Assembly (NCBI GenBank): GCA_963752515.1 | Contig: CAVVYO010000004.1 | Location: 449,225 to 513,224, forward strand | DNA length: 64,000 bases | Source of the DNA: Candidatus Glassbacteria bacterium | Lineage (GTDB): Bacteria > Gemmatimonadota > Glassbacteria > GWA2-58-10 | Direction: 5' to 3' | In this document: in pieces, positions 55,897 to 64,000 of the stretch | Layout of the letters: every line of letters starts with the position of its first letter | How positions within the stretch are numbered: position 1 is the stretch's first letter | Notes under the pieces: generated by a model | What the model was told of the DNA's origin: nothing | Database searches by the model: none | What the model saw: the letters and a program-made list of their open reading frames with translations, nothing else | Program-made: the position numbers and the translations under genes

Positions 55897-56658
55897 ATGC
55901 TTCGCAGACTGCCAATCCTGTCCCTCCTGCTGCTGCTCGCCGCCGCGGCAACCCTGCCCGCCCAGGACCTCTCCCTGGAAGCCGACCAGGGGACCTGGCT
56001 CGGAGCGACCCTCACCGGGGGCAACCTCTCCGCCTCCAGCGCCAACACCCTGGGCGGCTGGGGCCATCTCTCGCTGGGGGTCGAGGCCCGGGCGGCCAAC
56101 CCGCGCCTGAGCTCCACCTCGGTGACCTCCACCCTCTACGCCGCCACCGCGCGCCTCGGGCTGTTCGATGGCTTCCGGCTGGCCCCCTGGGTCCATGGGC
56201 TGGGCTCGGTGGACCTGTTCGCCAAGGGCGGGCGGCTGCAGGTGCGCGACCATGCCGCGGAGACGAGCGCGATCTGGGGACTGGGCGCCCGGTTGGGCAT
56301 CCTGCGCAACTCGATCATCACCCCGGCGGTCTCGCTCAGCTACTCCCACTACTCGCTCGACGAGCTGTCGCTGCGCAGGGTGATCCTGCCCATCGGCCAG
56401 CCGGAGCGGGTGGAGTTCTGCACCAACGCCTTGCGGCTGGATGTCAGCAAGAACCTGTTCTGGATCACTCCGATCGCCGGGATCGGCATCAACCGCAACC
56501 GGGTCGAGTCGCTCGATGATGGCCGCGCGGTGCTGCGCACCGAGGAAGTGTTCTACGGCGGAGTGGAGTGGAACCTGCTGCTCCTGCACCTGGGGGCGGA
56601 AGTCGGCCGCTCGGGCGGCGACAATTTCGGCTCGGTGGTGCTGCGGCTGGAGCTTTAG
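55897..56658 (+). CDS. Hypothetical secreted protein, probable small outer-membrane beta-barrel
   Basis: Signal peptide MLRRLPILSLLLLLAAAATLPAQ. The body has an alternating-hydrophobic beta-strand pattern and a C-terminal ...GSVVLRLEL. Confidence 0.55.
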   Translation: MLRRLPILSLLLLLAAAATLPAQDLSLEADQGTWLGATLTGGNLSASSANTLGGWGHLSLGVEARAANPRLSSTSVTSTLYAATARLGLFDGFRLAPWVHGLGSVDLFAKGGRLQVRDHAAETSAIWGLGARLGILRNSIITPAVSLSYSHYSLDELSLRRVILPIGQPERVEFCTNALRLDVSKNLFWITPIAGIGINRNRVESLDDGRAVLRTEEVFYGGVEWNLLLLHLGAEVGRSGGDNFGSVVLRLEL

Positions 56659-57284
56659 GCCCGGGCCTCCCGCTGGCGGGCCTCGTGCAGTTCCTCCATC
56701 CGGTCGAACACCTCCAGGGCGCTCCGTCGCAGGTATTCCTGGTCGCGGCGGTTGTCGATCACGAAATCGGCCTTGGCCCGCAGCTCCGCGGCTGGGAGCT
56801 GGTAGCTCATCAGGCGCTCGATGGTCTCCCGGCTCATCTTGCGGCGGGCCAGCGCCCGCTCGATCCGCACCTCGCGCGGGGCATCGACCACCACCACAAA
56901 GTCCAGGTGGCTCTGGAAGCCGAACTCGAGGATCAGCGCGGCATCGACCACCACCGCCCGGGCCTGGCTGCGCCGGGCCTCCGCCATCCGCTCCCGGACC
57001 AGCCGGATGATCTCCGGGTGGACAATCGCGTTGAGCGCCGATAGGTGCTCGCGCTCGGCGAAAGCGATCTCGCCCATCCGGCGACGGTCCAGCTCGCCCG
57101 CGGGAGTGAGGATTTCCATCCCGAAACGCCGGACCAGCGCCTCCAGCGCCAGGCTCCCCGGGTGCACCGCCTCCCGTCCCAGGCTGTCGGCATCGATCAC
57201 CACCGCCTCGCGCTCCCGGCTCCAGATTTCCGCCACCAGGCTCTTGCCCGCCCCCAGGTTACCAGTCAACCCGATCGCAACCAT
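56655..57284 (-). CDS. coaE: Dephospho-CoA kinase
   Basis: P-loop IGLTGNLGAGKS plus VIDADSLGREA... and a VVVDAP segment. An SD GAGAGGGGG precedes the ATG at 57284; the ORF-track start is 57311. Confidence 0.85.
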   Translation of the reverse strand: MVAIGLTGNLGAGKSLVAEIWSREREAVVIDADSLGREAVHPGSLALEALVRRFGMEILTPAGELDRRRMGEIAFAEREHLSALNAIVHPEIIRLVRERMAEARRSQARAVVVDAALILEFGFQSHLDFVVVVDAPREVRIERALARRKMSRETIERLMSYQLPAAELRAKADFVIDNRRDQEYLRRSALEVFDRMEELHEARQREARA

Positions 57285-57340
57285 CGCCAACCCCCTCTCT
57301 CTGACTATCATCCCAATTTAAAAACAAATGCCATCTTTTT

Positions 57341-57422
57341 CCGGGGGGAGGGCGGAAACCTTTTGGAAAAGGTTTCCGCCCTCCCTCCGGGCCCCCCTTC
57401 CACTTTCCAAAACTTTTTCGAT
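57341..57422 (-). repeat. Family-A intergenic hairpin element, copy 6 (inverted)
   Basis: CCGGGGGGAGGGCGGAAACCTTTT/AAAAGGTTTCCGCCCTCCCTCCGG followed by GCCCCCCTTCCACTTTCCAAAACTTTTTCGAT. Confidence 0.85.
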
Positions 57423-57435
57423 CGTTCCAGCGGCT

Positions 57436-60152
57436 CTACTTGCACTCCAGCCAGTTGGGCCCCGTGCCCGTATCGACCCGGATCGGCACTTCCAGCCGCA
57501 CCGCGTGCTCCATCAGCGGCGTCACCAGCTCCCGCACCGCCTCCAGCTCCTCCCGCGGGACATCGAACACCAGCTCATCGTGCACCTGCAGGATCATCCA
57601 GGCCCGCGGCAGGCGCTCGGCCAGCGCCCGGTCCACCGCGAGCATCGCCACCTTGATCAGGTCCGCGGCCGAGCCCTGGATCGGGGTGTTGAGCGCCATC
57701 CGCTCGGAGTTCTCCCGCGCCACCCGGTTGTCGCTGCCGATCTCGGGCAGCGGCCGCCGCCGGCCGAGGATGGTCGTGACCCAGCCCTGGCGGCGGGCCT
57801 GGTCGATCTGGCGGTCGATGTAGTCGCGGATCCTCGGGAAACGGGCGAAATAGTCCTCGATGAACTGCCTGGCCTCGCCGAACGGGATACCCAGCTCCCG
57901 CGACAAGCCGGTGCGCGCCCATCCCGTAGAGCACCCCGAAATTGATGGTCTTGGCCCGGCTGCGCTGCCAGGGCTGGACCTTCTCCGGCGGGACCCCGAT
58001 CAGACCGGCTGGCGGTCTCGGTGTGGATGTCCATCCCTTTGGAAAAAGCCTCGATCATCTGCTGGTCCCCGGCCAGGTGGGCCAGGATCCGCAGCTCGAT
58101 CTGGCTGTAGTCGGCGCAGAACAGCACCCGCTCCGGGCCCGCGGGGATGAAGGCCCGGCGGATCGCCCGGCCCTCCTCGGTGCGGATCGGGATGTTCTGC
58201 AGGTTGGGGTCGCTGCTGGAGAGCCGCCCGGTGGCGGTCACCACCTGGTTGAACGAGGTGTGGATCCGCCCGGTGCGCGGGTTGACCTGGCGCGGCAGGG
58301 CATCGACATAGGTGGACTTGAGCTTGGCCACCTCCCGCAGCTCCAGCATCAGCCGCGGCAGCTCGTGCTCGACCGCCAGCGCCTCCAGCACCGAGCTGTC
58401 GGTGGAGAAGCCGGTCTTGGTCTTCTTGCCGGGCTTGATCCCCAGCTCCTCGAACAGCACCTGGGAGAGCTGGATCGGCGAGTTGACATTGAACTCATGG
58501 CCGGCCAGCTTCCAGACTTCCTCCTCCAGCAGCCGCAGGGTGCCTTCCATCTTGCGGCTGAGCACGGCCAGGTAAGGCGCGTCGATCGCCACTCCGACCG
58601 TTTCCATCCGGGCCAGCACCGGGATCAGCGGCAGTTCCACCTCGCGGTAGAGCTGCACCAGCTCCGGCACCGCCTCCAGCCGCTCGCGCAGGCGCTCCTC
58701 CAGCAGCAGCGCCAGGTCGGCATCCTCGCCGGAATACTCGACCGCCCGCGCCAGCGGGACCCGGGCGAACGGGATCATCTGCCGTCCCTTGCCCGCCACT
58801 TCCTCGTAGGTGATGGTCTTGTGGCCCAGCACCGCCAGGGCCAGGGCATCCAGCCCGTGGGAGCGCTCGCCCGGGTCCAGCAGGTAGGAGGCGACCATCG
58901 GGTCGCCCACCACCCCGCGCACCGGCATCCCGGCCCGCTCGAGCACGATCATGTCGTACTTGATGTTCTGGCCCACGCAGCCGACCGCCGGGTCGGCCAG
59001 CAAGGGGCCCAGCACCCGCCGCACCTGGTCGAGCGGCAGGTTCGGGGCCTCCTCGTGCGCCAGGGGGATGTACCAGCCCTCGTGCGGGCGCCAGCTCAGG
59101 GAAATCCCGACCGGGTCGGCGGCCACCGCATCCAGGCCGGTGGTCTCCACATCCACCGCGAACCGTCCCGCCCGGCGGATTTCCTCCGCCAGCCGCTCCA
59201 GCTCCTCCACCGACTCCACCGCCCGGTAGCTTTTCTCCGGGGGCGGGGGCTCGCGGCCCTCCAGCCCGGCGATATGGCCCTCCAGCCCGAAACGGCCGTA
59301 CATGCTGCGGAACTCGAAGCGGTGGAACAGCTCGGCCAGCCGTTGGCGGTCGGGCTGGCAACGGCGCAGCCGCTCCGGCTCGAACGGGATCGGCAGCTCG
59401 GTGTGGATGGTGACCAGCTCGCGGGAGAGGAACGCCGCCTCACGGCTCGCCTCCAGCTTGCCGCGCAGGCTCCAGGAGTCGATCTCATCCAGCCGGGCGT
59501 AGATCGCATCCAGTGAGCCGAACTGCTTGAGCAGCTTGAGCGCCCCGACCTTGCCGATCCCCCGCACCCCGGGCACATTGTCGGAGCTGTCGCCGGTCAG
59601 GGCCAGGAAGTCCACCACCTGCGCGGGCGGCACCCCGAACTTCTCCACCGCGTTGGAGGGGTCCACCCACTCCGACTCCTCGCCCCTCGGGCGCTGGTTA
59701 TAGATGTGGATGCCCTCGCTCACCAGTTGGTAAAAATCCTTGTCCCCGGAGACAATCACCGCCTGGTAGCCGGCCTCGGCCGCCCGGCGGGAGATCGCGC
59801 CGATCACATCATCCGCCTCGAACCCTTCCAGCTCCAGGATCGGGATGCACAGGCCCTCGCTCACCAGCTCGCGGGCCCAGGCCACCTGGCTGCGCAGGTC
59901 ATCCGGCATCTTCTCGCGGGTGGCCTTGTAGTCCGGGTAGAGCAGGTGGCGGAAAGTCGGCCTGGAGGTGTCCAGCACCATCGCCAGGTGGCCGGGCTGG
60001 TTCTCCTCGATCAGCCGGGAGAGCTGGAGCATCAGCCCGAACAGGGCGCTGGTCGGCTCGCCCCGGGTGGTGAACATCGGGTTGTGGATGAAGGCGAAAT
60101 GGGCCCGGTAGAGCAGGGCGTAGCCATCGAGCAGAAAGATCCGGTTCGGCAA
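57436..60152 (-). CDS. polA: DNA polymerase I (two closely spaced frameshifts near 58005 and 57910)
   Basis: The 5-prime nuclease domain (IFLLDGYALLYRAHFA), the 3-prime-5-prime exonuclease domain and the polymerase domain are present. After ...MDIHTETASR the sequence continues as LIGVPPEKVQPWQRSRAKTINFGVLYGMGAHRL in another frame. It then returns to SRELGIPFGEARQFIEDYF...ILQVHDELVFDV in the terminal fragment. Confidence 0.9.
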
Positions 60153-60438
60153 GGTCAGAGGCTCCTTCAGTCGTAATCGTTTTCAATGAGGGCCCATTCC
60201 CGGGGCCGGGTTGAATGATTGGTCAAGCCACGCCCTTAAGTCAAGTTTTTTCGTCCGCCCCCGCGCGGGAGGGCTGTCCCCCCCAGTCTTGACAGTGACC
60301 GGCCGGGAATGTAGCTTTGTTTTTTGTAACTTTAAGGCCCTGGCAGGACATTAGATGTAGACCGGCAAGCGGCGTGCGCCGCGCGAACAAACGGCTGGCC
60401 GGGGGGGTATCACACAGGGATTTCGCGGGGCCTGCGCC

Positions 60439-61416
60439 ATGGTTCGGCCCCGACGGCCAGGGTCTTTTCGGGAGCGCTTGAGCGTGCGTGACGATGTCAG
60501 CCTGAAAAAGATGTTCGTGCTCTCGATCCTGCTGCACCTGCTGCTGCTGCTGATCCCGCTGAAAATGTTCATCGAGGATGCACGGGAAGCACAGGCCCAG
60601 GAGCTGGAGAAGGAACGGGACAACCAGCGGGAGATGAGCTTCATCTTTGTCGAGACCCCGGAGACCGCCACCGAGAGCGAGCACCAGGACCCGACCCCCT
60701 TTGTCTCCGACAAGACCCTGGCCGCCGCCAACCCGGAAGCCCCGGCGGACCTGCCCGCGGGGCAGCCTTACCAGCAGGGCCGCCAGTCGGAGATTGCGGT
60801 GATGAGCCCCGAGCAGCCGCAGCCACCCGGGGCGACACCGCGCCCGCCGCAGCGCGAGCAGTCCCGCCGGCAGCAGCCGGAGGAGGGCGCGGAGCAGCAG
60901 GAGCAGCCGGGCGAGCAGGGCTCGTTCGATGGGTTGCGGGAGCTGGAGGCGCTGAGCCGGCTGGCCCCTCGCCGCCAGGAGCAGCCCCTGCCCTCCCAGC
61001 CCGACCTTCAGCAGCCGCCGGGAGCCCCGGGCAGCTCCGAGGCCCCACGCTTCGACAACCGGCGCACCCGCGCCCCGATGGGCGCCGACTTCCAGCTCAG
61101 CACCTACAACTGGAACTGGGCGCCGTATCTCAAGGAGCTCAAGAAACGGATCGAGAGCAACATCTACCCGCCCCCGGCTTTCTTCATGGGGATGGCCCGG
61201 GGCAGAACCTTCCTGCGCTTCACCATCCAGAAGGATGGAACGATCACCAATTTCGAGATGATCACCTACACCGGGCACGAGTCGCTGATGAAGACCAGTG
61301 TCAACGCCATCGAGGCCTCGGTGCCGTTCCTGCCGCTGCCCAGTGATTTCCCGGAAAACGAGCTGGGAATCACCTGCGGCTTCTACTACAACGAGTTCAT
61401 GCAAGAGAGACCATGA
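60439..61416 (+). CDS. TonB-family energy transducer (C-terminal TonB-like domain)
   Basis: TM anchor MFVLSILLHLLLLLIPL, a long Pro/Gln/Glu-rich linker, and a C-terminal ~90 aa domain (YPPPAFFMGMARGRTFLRFTIQKDGTITNFEMI...). It lies immediately upstream of exbB/exbD homologues. The start is uncertain. Confidence 0.6.
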   Translation: MVRPRRPGSFRERLSVRDDVSLKKMFVLSILLHLLLLLIPLKMFIEDAREAQAQELEKERDNQREMSFIFVETPETATESEHQDPTPFVSDKTLAAANPEAPADLPAGQPYQQGRQSEIAVMSPEQPQPPGATPRPPQREQSRRQQPEEGAEQQEQPGEQGSFDGLRELEALSRLAPRRQEQPLPSQPDLQQPPGAPGSSEAPRFDNRRTRAPMGADFQLSTYNWNWAPYLKELKKRIESNIYPPPAFFMGMARGRTFLRFTIQKDGTITNFEMITYTGHESLMKTSVNAIEASVPFLPLPSDFPENELGITCGFYYNEFMQERP

Positions 61417-61432
61417 GCGAGGCGACCGACCG

Positions 61433-62089
61433 ATGATAGAACTCTTCCGGCAGGGCGGCATCCTGATGTACCCGCTGGCGCTGTGCTCCATCGCCGCGGT
61501 GGCGATCATCCTGGAGCGCGCCCTGAACCTCCGGCGCCGCAAGATCATCCGGCCGGAGATCATCAACGTGATCGACAACATCAAGGGCTCGGAAGACCTG
61601 GGGCTGGCCTACTCGATCTGCGAGAAGAACCCCGGCCCGTTCTCCCGCGTGGTGCTCACCGCCCTGGAGCACAAGGACCTGCCCAAGGAGGAGATCAAGG
61701 AGGCGATTCTCGATACCGGCCGCCAGCAGACCCGCCAGCTGGAGCGCGGACTGCCGGTGCTGGAGACCATCGCCGCGGTCTCGCCGCTGCTGGGGATCCT
61801 CGGCACGGTCCTGGGGATGATCCAGATCTTCCAGGTCATCACCGACTACGGGGTCGGCCAGGCCAGCGCCCTGGCCGGCGGGATCCAGGTGGCCCTGATC
61901 ACCACCGCCGCCGGGCTGTTTGTCGGCATCCCGGCCCTGGTGGCCTTCAACTACTTCACCAACAAGGTCGATGGCTTCGTGCTCGAACTCGAGTACTGGG
62001 CCGGAGTGCTGCTCAACAAGCTCCAGGGCTTCCAGCACCCGGGCCGGCCGGTACGCGGGTCCGCCTCGCTCAAAAGGGTGGCCGACTGA
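61433..62089 (+). CDS. exbB: MotA/TolQ/ExbB proton-channel family protein
   Basis: Three TM segments and the family motif LETIAAVSPLLGILGTVLGMI...ALITTAAGLFVGIPALVAFNYF. Confidence 0.85.
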   Translation: MIELFRQGGILMYPLALCSIAAVAIILERALNLRRRKIIRPEIINVIDNIKGSEDLGLAYSICEKNPGPFSRVVLTALEHKDLPKEEIKEAILDTGRQQTRQLERGLPVLETIAAVSPLLGILGTVLGMIQIFQVITDYGVGQASALAGGIQVALITTAAGLFVGIPALVAFNYFTNKVDGFVLELEYWAGVLLNKLQGFQHPGRPVRGSASLKRVAD

Positions 62090-62505
62090 TGCAATTCCAG
62101 AGCCGACAGCGCCGCCGGACCTTCATCAATATCGTCTCGCTGGTGGACGTGGTGTTCCTGCTGCTGATCTTCTTCTCGGTCAGCACCTCCTTCATGGACC
62201 AGCCCGCCCTGAAGATCGACCTGCCCGAGGCCAGCGCCGAGCCGCCCAGCTCAGAGCAGCAGCGGCCGATGACAGTCTACCTCACCAGCGGCGGCCAGCT
62301 CTATTTCGGCGATACGCCGGTGCGGCTGGACGATCTGCCGGAGCTGATCCGCGAGGGGCTGCGCTCCGGTCAGCCGGCCCGGATGTCGATCAAGGCCGAC
62401 AAGGATGTCACCCACGGCGAGGTGATCCGGGTGATGGACCTGGCCCGTCAGAACGGGATCGAGCTGGTGACTGTCGCCACCCAGAAGAAGGCCGAGGGCC
62501 GGTAG
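62089..62505 (+). CDS. exbD: ExbD/TolR biopolymer transport protein
   Basis: ATGA overlap with exbB. INIVSLVDVVFLLLIFF TM segment followed by a periplasmic domain (...MSIKADKDVTHGEVIRVMDLARQNGI). Confidence 0.85.
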   Translation: MQFQSRQRRRTFINIVSLVDVVFLLLIFFSVSTSFMDQPALKIDLPEASAEPPSSEQQRPMTVYLTSGGQLYFGDTPVRLDDLPELIREGLRSGQPARMSIKADKDVTHGEVIRVMDLARQNGIELVTVATQKKAEGR

Positions 62506-62598
62506 GGCGGACGCGCTTCCCGCCCGGCGGCTCTGAGGAACAGCGGCACACCCCGTCGGCTGCGCCGCTACTTCTGCCAGGCACAGCAACCCGTTTCC

Positions 62599-62730
62599 GG
62601 TAGGGACAGGCCCCTGTGCCTGCCCTTAAAAAACACAACCCCCTGTTTCCCCCTTTATTAAGGGGGACTTAAAACAATGCTACCCAACCAGTTGCAGCAA
62701 CTCTACGGGCGAAGCAGGAGGGTGTCAAGC
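62599..62730. repeat. Composite GC-rich palindromic repeats (modules D-B plus a degenerate C-like tail)
   Basis: GGTAGGGACAGGCCCCTGTGCCTGCCC, then CACAACCCCCTGTTTCCCCCTTTATTAAGGGGGA, then ...CTACGGGCGAAGCAGGAGGGTGT. Confidence 0.75.
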
Positions 62731-62899
62731 TGCTGTGACTTGCTTCAACCGGTGGATGGAGCGGGCCGAACCTGGCGGCTGATCCAAAGCTGAACCGAAC
62801 AAAACGGGGCATGGCCCATCGGCCACGCCCCGTGATCTTTTTCCCGACTGCTTTCCTGCCAGGGCTTCCCCGCGCCGCCGAATGCGGCCAAGCTCAACC

Positions 62900-63325
62900 C
62901 TACGCCTGGCGTCCTTCCGCCACCGGAGCCGGCGCCTCATCGTGGAGCTCGTGCCGCCTGGCATCGGTCCAGAGGCGCTCCAACTGGTAGAACTGCCTGG
63001 TTTCGGGCTGGAAGACATGCATCACGAAATCCACGTAGTCGAGCAGCACCCAGCTGCCGTTCTCCATCCCCTCCACATGCCAGGGCGAAAGGCCATACTC
63101 CTCCTTGAGCTTGTCCCTGACATTGTCCGCGATCGCCCGGACATGGATATCGGTGTATCCCTCGCAGATCACGAAGAAATCGGTCATATCCGAGACTTTT
63201 TTCAGGTCCAGCACCACGACATCCTCGGCCTTGCGCTCCAGACAAACCTCCCCGGCCCGGAGGACAATTTTCCTGAGCTCCTCCAGCGACCGGTCCTTCT
63301 TGATCGAGTATTTCTTTCTGGGCAT
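62900..63325 (-). CDS. rsfS: Ribosomal silencing factor RsfS (Iojap family)
   Basis: AEDVVVLDLKKVSDMTDFFVICEGYTDIHVRAIADNV...WVLLDYVDFVMHVFQPETRQFYQLERLW. Start MPRKKY at 63325. Confidence 0.85.
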   Translation of the reverse strand: MPRKKYSIKKDRSLEELRKIVLRAGEVCLERKAEDVVVLDLKKVSDMTDFFVICEGYTDIHVRAIADNVRDKLKEEYGLSPWHVEGMENGSWVLLDYVDFVMHVFQPETRQFYQLERLWTDARRHELHDEAPAPVAEGRQA

Positions 63326-63421
63326 GCAGCATCCTTCCTGATTGCTGATTGGGTTCGGATTGCCAATTACGGGTGCTGACAGCGAGCCGCCCGCGCGAGC
63401 GCGGCCCCTGATCGCCATGGG

Positions 63422-63814
63422 TTACCGTCCCTCCCGGGACAGCTCCGGGAGGAGTTCCAGGACCGCCTCGCGCAGGAAATCCCGCCGAAAGAAGTCCTGA
63501 TCCACCACCTTCTCGTTCCACACCACCAGGTCCAGGTCCAGGGTGCGCGGCCCCCCGGGGTCGTGCCCCGCGGGACGCCCGGCCAGGCGCTCGATCCGCT
63601 TGAGCTCCCGGACGAACTCCTTGCGCCCCAGCCCTGTCGCCACCAGGAACGCCCCATTGCGGAAATCCGGCTGGTCCGAGCCGCCGATCGGCCGGGTGTC
63701 GATGAAGCGTGACTCGGCCAGCAGACCGTGTCCGCGCGCGAGCTGCTCCCGGGCCAGCGCGATGTGCCGCCCCGGGTCAATGTTCGAGCCGACCGCCACC
63801 ACCGCGCTATTCAT
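63422..63814 (-). CDS. folK: 2-amino-4-hydroxy-6-hydroxymethyldihydropteridine diphosphokinase (HPPK)
   Basis: VAVGSNIDP...SRFIDTRPIGGSDQPDFRNGAFLV...LKRIERLAGR...GPRTLDLDLVVW, the typical FolK pattern. Confidence 0.85.
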   Translation of the reverse strand: MNSAVVAVGSNIDPGRHIALAREQLARGHGLLAESRFIDTRPIGGSDQPDFRNGAFLVATGLGRKEFVRELKRIERLAGRPAGHDPGGPRTLDLDLVVWNEKVVDQDFFRRDFLREAVLELLPELSREGR

Positions 63815-64000
63815 CGCCGCCTCCTCGCGGTGACACTGGCCGAAACCGAGCGGGCGTACCGCAACGAGTGGGGCTTGTCCACCTCGACACTGGCCTCCTC
63901 GATCCGCTCGCTGGTCTCCAGCACCACCTCCAGCACCCTGGCCGCCAGCGCCTCCAGCAGGTGGAACTGTGCGCCCTCGACCGCGGCGATCACCCTCTTG
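63811..64000 (-). CDS. folB: Dihydroneopterin aldolase, C-terminal part (gene continues beyond the right edge)
   Basis: FHLLEALAARVLEVVLETSERIEEASVEVDKPHS resembles the FolB C-terminus. Its stop overlaps the folK start (ATGA-type overlap). Confidence 0.55.
   Translation of the reverse strand, partial: KRVIAAVEGAQFHLLEALAARVLEVVLETSERIEEASVEVDKPHSLRYARSVSASVTARRRR

Noticed and set aside
49420-58010. Programmed ribosomal frameshifting as the explanation for split yidC and polA
   Set aside because: I noted no slippery heptamer or stimulatory structure at the sites. Many other genes in nearby patches carry multiple, even compensating, frame changes. Sequence error is the simpler explanation.
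1-64000. CRISPR array, transposase/integrase, prophage or known defence-system genes
   Set aside because: The repeats present are hairpin or palindromic units scattered singly or in small composites between genes. They are not regularly spaced direct repeats with unique spacers. No ORF showed transposase, integrase, nuclease-helicase or other defence-type motifs.

Overview
Visibly GC-rich chromosomal DNA from a flagellated diderm bacterium; there is no rRNA in the window, so I make no taxonomic call. Gene content from left to right:
- A minus-strand hook operon (hypothetical, fliK, flgD, flgE) behind a good sigma54 -24/-12 promoter.
- A tamA/tamB pair, two TPR proteins, a phosphohexomutase, tRNA-Leu(CAA) and cspA.
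- A frameshifted ADP-ribosylglycohydrolase.
- A five-gene redox/sulfur module: octaheme Otr-family cytochrome c, heptaheme cytochrome c, cytochrome b, and a split YeeE/YedE pair whose second half carries a rhodanese-like domain.
- A carbohydrate locus: DUF2961/GH172, a FucI-like isomerase, a DUF4091 lipoprotein, and a sugar ABC transporter whose ATPase and permease are frameshifted.
- A BioF/Kbl-type aminotransferase and a Cys-rich-domain/cyclase fusion protein.
- Four tandem flagellin paralogues plus flaG.
- rpmH-rnpA-yidD-yidC; argS, a PfkB kinase and purM (all heavily frameshifted); an OM beta-barrel candidate; coaE; polA; tonB-like/exbB/exbD; rsfS; folK; folB.

Most unusual features:
1. 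The flagellin array has 0.7-1.3 kb non-coding spacers. Near-consensus sigma28 promoters sit 0.7-0.8 kb upstream of two of the genes. The spacers also hold recurrent C(U/C)GCAA-loop hairpins and minus-strand terminators.
2. Two abundant intergenic repeat families occur: a ~85-100 nt hairpin element in 6 copies, and modular GC-rich palindromic units.
3. A 570-bp non-coding element is bounded by ~40-bp inverted repeats.
4. Frameshifts cluster strongly in essential genes, which looks like local assembly error rather than biology.

No CRISPR array, transposase, integrase or recognisable defence system was seen.
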